A stretch of 43,276 nt of DNA, taken from IMG/VR virus record IMGVR_UViG_3300008255_000206, positions 1-43,276 of that record. One strand, written 5' to 3'. Within the stretch, counting starts at the first letter, position 1. Every line of letters starts with the position of its first letter. The DNA comes from a virus (taxonomy: Duplodnaviria; Caudoviricetes). Shown piece after piece: positions 9,278 through 17,356 of the stretch. The position numbers and the translations under genes were made by a program. The notes below the pieces were generated by a model that saw only the letters and a list, made by a program, of their open reading frames with translations, ran no database searches and was not told the DNA's origin.

Positions 9278-12187
9278 ATGGCAAACTTCGTCTTTAATTA
9301 CTCTGATGGTATCGAAGAGGTCACCGAGTCTTTTAACGCTCTTGGTCTACGTATGGCGATTTTGGCTGACCCTACTGAACCAGACAGCGTGGCGATTGTC
9401 TCGCAGCCTGCCGTTGGTCGGGCCATTGCCCGTGAGGATGGGCGCGTGGGTATCGACCTGCTGGATCATGACCCAGATGGCGATATCGTGGTGGTCTACG
9501 ATAGGACGAAAGCCGGTGTCACTCAGCGGGTTACGGCGACGGTCACGGTAGCACCGGCCATCAAGCTTGGCGGATGGGGAAGAGCGAACTACTACAAGCT
9601 CGAAACTGACCCTACGACAGACAGGATTATAAAAGAACCTGGCGAGACCACTCGCAAGGTTCACATTACGGCTTCCAGGGCCGAACTGGACGCAGCCGCC
9701 ATCGAGGCCATGGAGGTCGGCTACTCTAACGTCTCGGCTGCTTCCGTCGGGGGCGCATGGCTGGCTGCGAACAAGGCTCAGGGCGGTGCCAACTATTATG
9801 GAGAGACCCCGGAGCTGGCGCTGAACCAAACGCTCGGAACGGCGCTGTTCGAAACCCTTGCTGATACGCTCGAAACCTCCCCGTGGATTTTGTTTGAGCG
9901 GGGATATGAATATCCGACAGACTCAAATCTGTTCCGCTCGGCCATCGGGGAAAGCAAGTTGCATCCGATTGTCCAGACCTCATATGGGACAGGTGCCTTC
10001 CCGCGATATACGGGGCCGGTTGGCCCATCGGTGACGACAGGTGCTCCGACCAATATCGTTGTGCAAGATCTTCGGTTTAACGCCATGTTCCTGTGCAATG
10101 ATCCGTCATGGCTCATCGTGGATAACTTCTACACTGGATGTGAAGAAGGCGACGATGGCATGAGCTTCACTTTCTCAGCGTTCAAGCGCGGGATTACCAT
10201 TCGGAATGGTGTTGTTCTCGATGCGTGGAGAAAAGGGCCGACCAAAACTCAGGTGCCGGATTGGCACCTTCAAGACGACCGTGTTTCTGGGATTTATCTC
10301 TCTGGCATCTATAATGGCCTAGTCGAGAACCTCTTCATCGCCCACACAGGATGGGAAGATGGATACAGGGCGGACGGCAATGCTGCCTTTCCGCAGCCAC
10401 CCTCTGACCGCAGTCACAATATTTACGAGCAAACCGACTGCTTTAACATGACCAAGCGAAATCTGCTTCTGACGGATGCTGCTGGAAACTCAATCCAAAA
10501 TCGGGCTAACGGAATAGCACAGAGGATCGTAACTCTCAACTGCAACACGGGTCTTACAATGGGACCTGGGGTTCATGAGGCAGGTGTGTCTTATGGAACG
10601 CACGGTTTAGTTACAGAATATGTGCAAACGCACGCGGGCGGACGAAACGTCTGGCCACGAATGGACGGAGAGGTTCTATCGCAGAAGGATTTGGGTGCGC
10701 GCGGTTGGGGTGTTGTTTTTCAGGATAAGAACCTCGCGCTTGATCGTGTTGTGATGATTAACGCCGACCCTGGGTCTATTCCAGAGATGACTTCCAGCAC
10801 GGATATTGGCCCCGTTGGTGATCTTCCCGATGGAGTCACTGATCCTTACGCGGAGAACACATATGCTCCTGATGGTAGTGCTACTACTATCCTAAGAGCG
10901 GGCTATCAATTCGCCAGATGGGGCGAGGGTATCAATGGAACCTTTGGCGTTGATGGGATCGACAGCGGCGTCTTGAACGACACCAAGATTAGCGTTTATG
11001 CGGACGAGAGGTTCTCTACCACAGGGTCGACGGCTGAAAGTTTTATTGCAGCAGTCAGGGCAATCGACGTGGAAGACAAGCCTTGGAATGAGGCCATTGC
11101 GCTGATCAATTGGACCTTGGCCCGCCTCGGGCACACAGTCCCAAATCGCTCTCTTCCGGCTGACGTTCATTTCCTTCCGCACCCCGAAGGCTTCACCCCT
11201 GGCTTTCGGTGGGACATAGAACTTGACTGCTCCACGGGCGATCTGCCGGGAACCGTGGCCGGTGACAGCATGTATATTGATGGTCACTATACTGAATGGA
11301 ACGGTACCCCGAAGAACAGCATTGACGAGGTGCATTTCGGGGTGGGCGGATATCTGGCCGTCCTCGGAGGTGCTCTGCGCCCGACTGGACAAGTTGTAAC
11401 TTCCGCCGGCGGCAATACCCTTGAGGTGGCCCAAGGCGCCAAATTCGATCTGGAAACGCTGAACGCGACGGCCGGAAACCTGATCGCCGACGTGACAGAA
11501 GCTCGTCTTTTGATCACTGGAACGGTCAGCGGTGTCGATCTGGTGGCCAATTACAAGGCCCGTGTGATTGTCGATGAAAGCGGAGAGCTGACCACAGATA
11601 GCGCGACCATCTATGGCAAGGGCATGGTCGGCTTCGACGGCACGGCTGGCGGAACGGCGACGATTAACCTGACCGGCACCACAACCTTCAAGCCGACTGT
11701 CGTTCTGCCAGTTGCTGGCCTATCCGGCGGTCCATCTGGTTATTCCACGGGTTACGATATTGCACCGAAGCTTGGCGCTGTCGTCACCGGTCTGACCTCG
11801 GGCGCTACTGGTGTTGTGGTCGATCTGATCTTCAAAGGTAGCCGAAAGGCTAACGTTGCTTTGAAGAACGTCTCTGGCGTCTTTGTAAGTGGGGAGACCT
11901 TGCAGGCTGACTGCGAGGCCGGGCCGGTTCCTACTTTTGATGCAAACAGCTTCGGCACTGTCGAGTCCGCTCCTGTCGTGACTATTGGCAAGATCAGGGA
12001 GGCGCTATTCGCTGCGACAGCTGTTAATTCGGTGGTCAATATGAACGATGATATCGAGGTGGAAACCAACGGTGTTGCGGCAGGAACCTACGACCTGATC
12101 GACGTGGATAGCCTGACCGACAACGGGGCGACCCTGCCGTCTGGCGTGGCTGTGGTGGGCAACAAGCTGGTGCTGACGGTCAGCTGA
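9278..12187 (+). CDS. Putative tailspike/depolymerase with a right-handed beta-helix
   Basis: GAGG RBS; pectin-lyase-like repeats (ITIRNGVVLD, SGIYLSG, HNIY) and an N-terminal Ig-like segment. Confidence 0.65.
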   Translation: MANFVFNYSDGIEEVTESFNALGLRMAILADPTEPDSVAIVSQPAVGRAIAREDGRVGIDLLDHDPDGDIVVVYDRTKAGVTQRVTATVTVAPAIKLGGWGRANYYKLETDPTTDRIIKEPGETTRKVHITASRAELDAAAIEAMEVGYSNVSAASVGGAWLAANKAQGGANYYGETPELALNQTLGTALFETLADTLETSPWILFERGYEYPTDSNLFRSAIGESKLHPIVQTSYGTGAFPRYTGPVGPSVTTGAPTNIVVQDLRFNAMFLCNDPSWLIVDNFYTGCEEGDDGMSFTFSAFKRGITIRNGVVLDAWRKGPTKTQVPDWHLQDDRVSGIYLSGIYNGLVENLFIAHTGWEDGYRADGNAAFPQPPSDRSHNIYEQTDCFNMTKRNLLLTDAAGNSIQNRANGIAQRIVTLNCNTGLTMGPGVHEAGVSYGTHGLVTEYVQTHAGGRNVWPRMDGEVLSQKDLGARGWGVVFQDKNLALDRVVMINADPGSIPEMTSSTDIGPVGDLPDGVTDPYAENTYAPDGSATTILRAGYQFARWGEGINGTFGVDGIDSGVLNDTKISVYADERFSTTGSTAESFIAAVRAIDVEDKPWNEAIALINWTLARLGHTVPNRSLPADVHFLPHPEGFTPGFRWDIELDCSTGDLPGTVAGDSMYIDGHYTEWNGTPKNSIDEVHFGVGGYLAVLGGALRPTGQVVTSAGGNTLEVAQGAKFDLETLNATAGNLIADVTEARLLITGTVSGVDLVANYKARVIVDESGELTTDSATIYGKGMVGFDGTAGGTATINLTGTTTFKPTVVLPVAGLSGGPSGYSTGYDIAPKLGAVVTGLTSGATGVVVDLIFKGSRKANVALKNVSGVFVSGETLQADCEAGPVPTFDANSFGTVESAPVVTIGKIREALFAATAVNSVVNMNDDIEVETNGVAAGTYDLIDVDSLTDNGATLPSGVAVVGNKLVLTVS

Positions 12188-12188
12188 C

Positions 12189-13376
12189 TCATTTCGGCAC
12201 CGCCTTAGCTAAAGGCCGATAAACATATCCGCCTTTTTCTAGCTGCTTTTTAATCAGCTGCCCCCGTTCCATCATCTCAATCGTAGTGTTGATTTGATGG
12301 ACGGGGATACGCTCTTGTAAGAACTGAACTAGTCGGGGTTCAGCGATCGGCTTATTCTCTTTCATGTAAATTGTGTAGAGGTAATGCCATGCTTCCTCGA
12401 TGTTCCGACCAGCGCCGCCGGACGACATGGACTTGAAGATATCCGGCATAAAGAACTCAGCCTCGATCAGGGTGTCAAGCGCCTGCTGGAAATCAGCAAC
12501 GGTTATCTCGTAGCGAAGGTCCATTGCGGCATAGATCATGCAAAGCTTGAGCAAGTGGACTAGTCGCCGTCCGTTGTAATACATCAGCTTGGGATGATCT
12601 GGGGTCGGAACCCCTCCACCGAAGTGCCAGTTCTTGATGAGGATTTTCACCTCTTCCTGGAAGAACATCTGGCCATACATGTTGCCGATCTTTTGCAGCT
12701 TCTTCTTCAACGCGCCGAACCGCTTGGTGTCACCTTCCTCGTCTTCATCTTGAAAGGGGTCTTTGAGTTGTTTGTCGGCTGTGAATACGATGATTGTGCG
12801 AGAGGTGAAGCCCTGATCCCAAGCGCCCTCTGGAAGGAAAGAGTTGAGGTAGGACGGAGTACAGGCGGTGAACATATTGATTTGCGGGTTTTCGATTTCG
12901 ATCTCAAGCTTATTTGTCCGGCGCTTCTCTCCGTAAGCCTTGCAATCGTAAAGGTCAGTCAGTGCGTTCATCATCGCCTTGTCATATTCGGGTAGAAAGT
13001 TACCAAGCTCATTGACGCAGAGGGTCAATGAGTTATAGGTGATTACGTTCTGTTTGTCCTGGGGACGAACTATCTTCTTTTCGCAGTCAGCGAGCTCGTC
13101 AACTAGTGAGGCTTTAGTGACAGAAGTAGGCGCGAGGTGCTGTTCTTCAACACTCGCAAGTAGGTCGCGGACACGCCAAGTGACCTCTGTTTTGCCAACC
13201 GCTGGTGGAGCGCATAGAATGATGTAGAGGTTAGGAAACAGGTTAGACCCGTTGGTGCGAACCCACACCTTGCGCTCCAACGCTGCGCCGACGGAGAAGA
13301 TCGCGCCCCATTTTCGGAAAAGCTCTGGTGAAGCGATGTGCTTTGTGGCATCTAGAAAATCCCCGATCCATGTCAT
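12189..13376 (-). CDS. AAA+ ATPase, DUF3987/MCM-like putative replicative helicase
   Basis: Walker A APPAVGKT, Walker B LCVNE, sensor FTACTP, Arg finger GFTSR, probable C-terminal winged helix; 4-bp overlap with the polymerase gene. Confidence 0.7.
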   Translation of the reverse strand: MTWIGDFLDATKHIASPELFRKWGAIFSVGAALERKVWVRTNGSNLFPNLYIILCAPPAVGKTEVTWRVRDLLASVEEQHLAPTSVTKASLVDELADCEKKIVRPQDKQNVITYNSLTLCVNELGNFLPEYDKAMMNALTDLYDCKAYGEKRRTNKLEIEIENPQINMFTACTPSYLNSFLPEGAWDQGFTSRTIIVFTADKQLKDPFQDEDEEGDTKRFGALKKKLQKIGNMYGQMFFQEEVKILIKNWHFGGGVPTPDHPKLMYYNGRRLVHLLKLCMIYAAMDLRYEITVADFQQALDTLIEAEFFMPDIFKSMSSGGAGRNIEEAWHYLYTIYMKENKPIAEPRLVQFLQERIPVHQINTTIEMMERGQLIKKQLEKGGYVYRPLAKAVPK

Positions 13377-14983
13377 AGATAGTCCTTGAAGCGCCGTATT
13401 GGGGCAGGACGATTACGCTCGTCCGCTTTGCCTTTCCATTTTACAAGGCCATACGGATTTACGTTGGGGTTATCGTAGTCATACTTCCCCCAATTCCATC
13501 CGATCTGTGCCTCGAGCGGAACGTGGAACATTCGACCGCCTTTAAGCTCTTTGTTGACTTGCATTACATTGAGGATTTCGGGGATAAGATCAGCGTGTTC
13601 AGAGTAGGGGATTTGGAAGAGGATGGAGTCATGAACTTGAAGGAGCGGTTGAACTACGGTAGAGGGGAAGTGGCGATATACTTGAAGCAGACCCCGGTCG
13701 ATTTCCTCACCGGTAGAGGATTGTGGATCGTAGGCGATGGCAGCTCGCCAAGTAGAAGCGTCATTGCCTCGTCCAAAGAAGTGACGGCGACGGCCGAAGA
13801 GGTTGTAGAGAACTCCAGTCTCTTCGATTTTATTGATGACCCAAGCGTGCCAAGCCGGAATGGCCGGGAACTCCTCGAAGTAGTTATCTTGGAACGCCTT
13901 GACAAGGATGGTGGGGATGTGAGTCTGGGCTGCCATGTTTGGCGGCTTGCCGAAGTAGTTTGTGCCGTGACCTAGTTTCTTGGCCGACTGACGATAACTG
14001 TCTTGCCGATGAAACATGATCCCGTCGCAGAATTTCTTCCACTCGGCGGGGTCTTCGGGCCAAGCGAGGTTGGGCCAGCACATACGGCTGACGGTTGTGT
14101 GCAGATCGCCGCCTTCGCAAGCGTCCAGATAGTGCCCGGCAAACTCAGGGCCAACGGCTCCGGTCCAAGACTTTTTGCCAAGAAGCCTTGCGATATCTTT
14201 GGCGTCATAGTCATAGAACGTCTCCCAAAGCCTGGCACCGACGTTGCGGGCGTCAGCTTGCTCGAGGTCAATGTTGAGAAAGATCATGCCGGGATCAGCT
14301 TCGAAAGGCTCACGCAATGACCGATCGACGTTTTGCAGATTGGTGCCGGAACCGAAGTCTGAATAGGCCGAAGACAGTCGACCGGTGTTTGTTCCTGCGA
14401 TGTTGTAGCCCGTGCGGATGCGGCTGTCCTCGTCAATCTGGGTGCGTAAGAAGCCAAGAGACTTACTGATCCCCCGCATGATAAGGATCATATTGCAGAA
14501 CGGCAGAGCAAAGAGGTGGACCTTGAGTTTCTCCAAGGCCTCCTCATTTACTGTTGCTGCAAAAATTCCATTTGAGTTTCGTTTCTTGATTTCTTTGAAA
14601 CCGAGGCAGGTGTAGAACAAGGACTTGATCTGCATCGGCGAGGCCGGGTTGAAAGGGCCATCAAACAACTCGGTGCAGAGATAATCGAACTTCTCTCGCA
14701 CCTCGTTGTAGGTTTCAGTCAGCTCTTTGATTTTCTTGTCGCGGACTTCCTTGTTGATGTATACGCCGTGAAGCTCCATCTCCATGTAAGGAGCAAGCTT
14801 GTCGAGCGCCGTCGCATAAGTCTCTTGGACTTCGGGATCGGAGTTGATCTCCTCTTGCAAGACGTTGTAGATTTCTGCGGTTACGCAGCAGTCAAGGCCA
14901 TTGTAAATCCATGACGCCTGATTGGCGGTCAAGGTTTTCATCATGGCCTCGTCGAGAAAGGCGGTGTCGAATACGTCAGCCAT
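13373..14983 (-). CDS. polA: Family A DNA polymerase, polymerase subunit (carries ExoIII only)
   Basis: TGRLSS, NLQN, motif A DLEQADAR, motif B RQSAKKLGHGTNYFG, motif C VHDS; N-terminal YNGLD. Start placed at MADVF. Confidence 0.93.
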   Translation of the reverse strand: MADVFDTAFLDEAMMKTLTANQASWIYNGLDCCVTAEIYNVLQEEINSDPEVQETYATALDKLAPYMEMELHGVYINKEVRDKKIKELTETYNEVREKFDYLCTELFDGPFNPASPMQIKSLFYTCLGFKEIKKRNSNGIFAATVNEEALEKLKVHLFALPFCNMILIMRGISKSLGFLRTQIDEDSRIRTGYNIAGTNTGRLSSAYSDFGSGTNLQNVDRSLREPFEADPGMIFLNIDLEQADARNVGARLWETFYDYDAKDIARLLGKKSWTGAVGPEFAGHYLDACEGGDLHTTVSRMCWPNLAWPEDPAEWKKFCDGIMFHRQDSYRQSAKKLGHGTNYFGKPPNMAAQTHIPTILVKAFQDNYFEEFPAIPAWHAWVINKIEETGVLYNLFGRRRHFFGRGNDASTWRAAIAYDPQSSTGEEIDRGLLQVYRHFPSTVVQPLLQVHDSILFQIPYSEHADLIPEILNVMQVNKELKGGRMFHVPLEAQIGWNWGKYDYDNPNVNPYGLVKWKGKADERNRPAPIRRFKDYL

Positions 14984-15323
14984 TAGCGATAGACTCTGTA
15001 TGAGGAGCATACAAAAAGACCGGGATAGAGGCTATTTTTGCGAACTCTATTTCGCCGGCTACACCTTTCGACTCCCGCCAACCATCGAGAATGAGAACAT
15101 AGATGGACTCGGCTAAAGCCAACATGTGATGATTGTAGTTGGCCCAAAAGTTGTAGTCAGTTGGCATCTCATATCTGTGAGCAAGCCAATGACAGTGAAC
15201 GATTGGACTGTAAATCATTTCTCCCTTTTGTAGGAGTTTGGCCGTAGCCCGTTCGGCAGCCATATAGCGTTGCTGCCTGATGTTAGAGTCTGGGTGAGAG
15301 TAGGGGGATGCGAGATAGATCAT
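14976..15323 (-). CDS. DUF1937 / nucleoside 2-deoxyribosyltransferase-like protein
   Basis: IYLASPYS...SPIVH...GWRESKGVAGEIEFA signature. Confidence 0.8.
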   Translation of the reverse strand: MIYLASPYSHPDSNIRQQRYMAAERATAKLLQKGEMIYSPIVHCHWLAHRYEMPTDYNFWANYNHHMLALAESIYVLILDGWRESKGVAGEIEFAKIASIPVFLYAPHTESIANG

Positions 15324-15610
15324 GGTTTCAAACTCAAGAAAGGAGGAAAGCCATAACGGCGGATAGCGCGATCGGAAAATTCAATGGTCCAGAGATCGGC
15401 GGGAACTGTCGTTGACTTGATTGCTTGTGCAAGGTGAGCGGCGATTGTTTTGTTGCCGTAGCCCCTCAGATCACCGCTGCGCTGCATGACGCCTTCGTCC
15501 ACGCTGACCTCAACCTCGAAGAACCCGCCCTCGGTTGGAAGGACGGGATGAGTTTTCTCAACTATCCGGGTGCGAAGCGTGGCGAGGATCATTTCAAGTC
15601 GATCCTGCAA
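15320..15610 (-). CDS. Hypothetical protein
   Basis: Overlaps both neighbours in the operon. Confidence 0.5.
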   Translation of the reverse strand: MQDRLEMILATLRTRIVEKTHPVLPTEGGFFEVEVSVDEGVMQRSGDLRGYGNKTIAAHLAQAIKSTTVPADLWTIEFSDRAIRRYGFPPFLSLKP

Positions 15611-15819
15611 GCGACCGTAGGCAACGGAGGCTCTGGCGGAAAGATAATGTGGTCAAGCGAAAACGAGCGGCGCTCGCCCTTGTGCACGTCGATGCCGGTC
15701 AGAAACCAGCCGGGCTCGTAATCGAAGCCGGGGTTTGTGAGGTATTCAAGGCACTCCACGTCGAGCATACGATCGCTTGTGATGCCTTTGTAGTTTTTGT
15801 AAGTGAATGAAAGGATCAT
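15589..15819 (-). CDS. Stand-alone WYL-like domain protein
   Basis: FTYKNYKG..SDR...WFLTGIDVHKGERRSFSLDHI matches the WYL/SH3-fold pattern. Confidence 0.7.
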   Translation of the reverse strand: MILSFTYKNYKGITSDRMLDVECLEYLTNPGFDYEPGWFLTGIDVHKGERRSFSLDHIIFPPEPPLPTVACRIDLK

Positions 15820-15950
15820 TCTGCTTTCTCCTCTTTTTTCGGCCGCGCCAGTGCGTCGATCACGGCCTGGGTTATGTCTTCCGCCTGTTGCTGATTATAA
15901 CAATGCGGAACAACGGCTTGGAAAATCTTCCAGAAGCGAGCGTCTTTCAT
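15816..15950 (-). CDS. 44-aa hypothetical protein
   Basis: Translated by hand: MKDARFWKIFQAVVPHCY...EEKAE*. AAGGA RBS; ATGA overlap with the WYL gene. Confidence 0.55.
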   Translation of the reverse strand: MKDARFWKIFQAVVPHCYNQQQAEDITQAVIDALARPKKEEKAE

Positions 15951-15987
15951 AGACTGGTTTCCTTTCAGTAGGTAGATGAAGCGCACG

Positions 15988-17025
15988 TCAGTCTTCCTTC
16001 TTCAACGTGCTGTGGTCGTTGCGCATGAATTTCCAGCTGGGCTCGTTAGTGTAGATCGAGCCCAAGAAACCGAGAGACTTTTCAAGCTCGGGCTGCAGTG
16101 AGTGGTGCTGGAGCATTGTGTCGCCAAGAAACTTGGGGCATGGTATTCCCATCCGCTTCCAGAAATATTTCATGTCATAGGAAAAGTTTTGACCGATCAT
16201 CGGGAACTCGGTGTTTATGCGGCGAACCCAGGCCCAGGCGGCTCGTTCCTGTTCGAGGGTTGGCCAGAAATTTCCACTGCTTTTCTCGCGATCGTAGAAA
16301 GGCAGGACGATAGCACGAGAGCCGTCTGCAGTGGAGTAACCCACTTCTGTGATATCAAGTCCAATGGTCTCAATGTCGCAAGACAAGAACGGCTGACCAA
16401 CAAGAAACTCATGGTAGAAGTCCTCGATATCCTGTAGATCGGGGTTCATGTAGATGAGGTGCGACGGACGGCGAAGCTCGGGAAAGAGGCATTCGCGCCG
16501 GGTTTTGCTGACGTCAGCTAGGACGATCGGGCGCAGGCCATACTGTCGCATGACAGAGTTGGGGTGCCATGTGGGGATGACCTTGCGGACAAGGCGATCG
16601 CCACCAATCTCAGTCGAAAGATCGAAGGTCTCGAGCGGAGACCCTCGATACTTTTTGATCCCCTGCTTTTTGCACAAAGCCCAAAGCGCGACGTTGCCCA
16701 TTGCAAGGATCACATTGGGCTGTCGGTTACGGATCTCGGTGTAGAGTCGATGCAGTTCGTGCTGGAAATCAACTCGAACATACTGATCGGGCTTGGTAAA
16801 CAAGGGACGATAGTTGGGGATTGCGGTTGCCTTGGGTCCACAAAAATTTTCCAAACGTCCACCTGCGGGAAAACGATTGAAGACGTTTGTGAGATAGCAG
16901 TCGGACTCAGCAATCCCAGCCTGACGGAGTAGACTACGTAACATCCCCCCTGCTGTGCCGGAAAAGGGGGCACTTCGCTGTTCGTCTTGCTCGCTCCACG
17001 CTTCGCCTACGATCATTATGGACAT
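15988..17025 (-). CDS. UDG family-4-like domain fused to the N-terminal part of a 3'-5' exonuclease (second polymerase subunit)
   Basis: IVGEA..PFSGTAG, YLTNV and TWHP UDG motifs, then ExoI CDIET, ExoII QNFSYD and DTML. Start placed at MSIMIVGEA. Confidence 0.85.
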   Translation of the reverse strand: MSIMIVGEAWSEQDEQRSAPFSGTAGGMLRSLLRQAGIAESDCYLTNVFNRFPAGGRLENFCGPKATAIPNYRPLFTKPDQYVRVDFQHELHRLYTEIRNRQPNVILAMGNVALWALCKKQGIKKYRGSPLETFDLSTEIGGDRLVRKVIPTWHPNSVMRQYGLRPIVLADVSKTRRECLFPELRRPSHLIYMNPDLQDIEDFYHEFLVGQPFLSCDIETIGLDITEVGYSTADGSRAIVLPFYDREKSSGNFWPTLEQERAAWAWVRRINTEFPMIGQNFSYDMKYFWKRMGIPCPKFLGDTMLQHHSLQPELEKSLGFLGSIYTNEPSWKFMRNDHSTLKKED

Positions 17026-17032
17026 GGTATGG

Positions 17033-17356
17033 TCATTCCGCTTCTCGAACAGACCATACAGCCTGTGTTGCAGATGGTTTGCCGTAGCGGTAACGGGCGA
17101 CGCCGGGGCAACAGGCTTGGTTAGCAAAGCACCGAATGAAGGACGGACAGCTCCAAAAGCCATCATTGCGAGGATCATCAGAGCTTATAAAGCTATCGCT
17201 TTCAAAGGTGACTTCAGTTTTCCCCACAGTAAACATCATCTTGCCTTTGGGTTTTTTCAAGCAATCAACCATCTCACATTCAACAACTATGCCGGGCTTT
17301 AGAATAGAGCCGGGAAAACCTGAGTGATCATGATTGTGCCAGTCAGACCAGATCAT
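17033..17356 (-). CDS. Hypothetical protein
   Basis: ATGA-coupled to the methyltransferase gene. Confidence 0.55.
   Translation of the reverse strand: MIWSDWHNHDHSGFPGSILKPGIVVECEMVDCLKKPKGKMMFTVGKTEVTFESDSFISSDDPRNDGFWSCPSFIRCFANQACCPGVARYRYGKPSATQAVWSVREAE

Noticed and set aside
12185-12191. Bidirectional terminator at the convergence of the two arms
   Set aside because: The two stop codons are 1 nt apart and no hairpin is visible.
14984-15987. Intron or intein explaining the split polymerase
   Set aside because: The gap is filled by coupled ORFs with RBSs. I saw no group I/II structure, homing endonuclease or intein termini, though RT-PCR is needed to exclude splicing.
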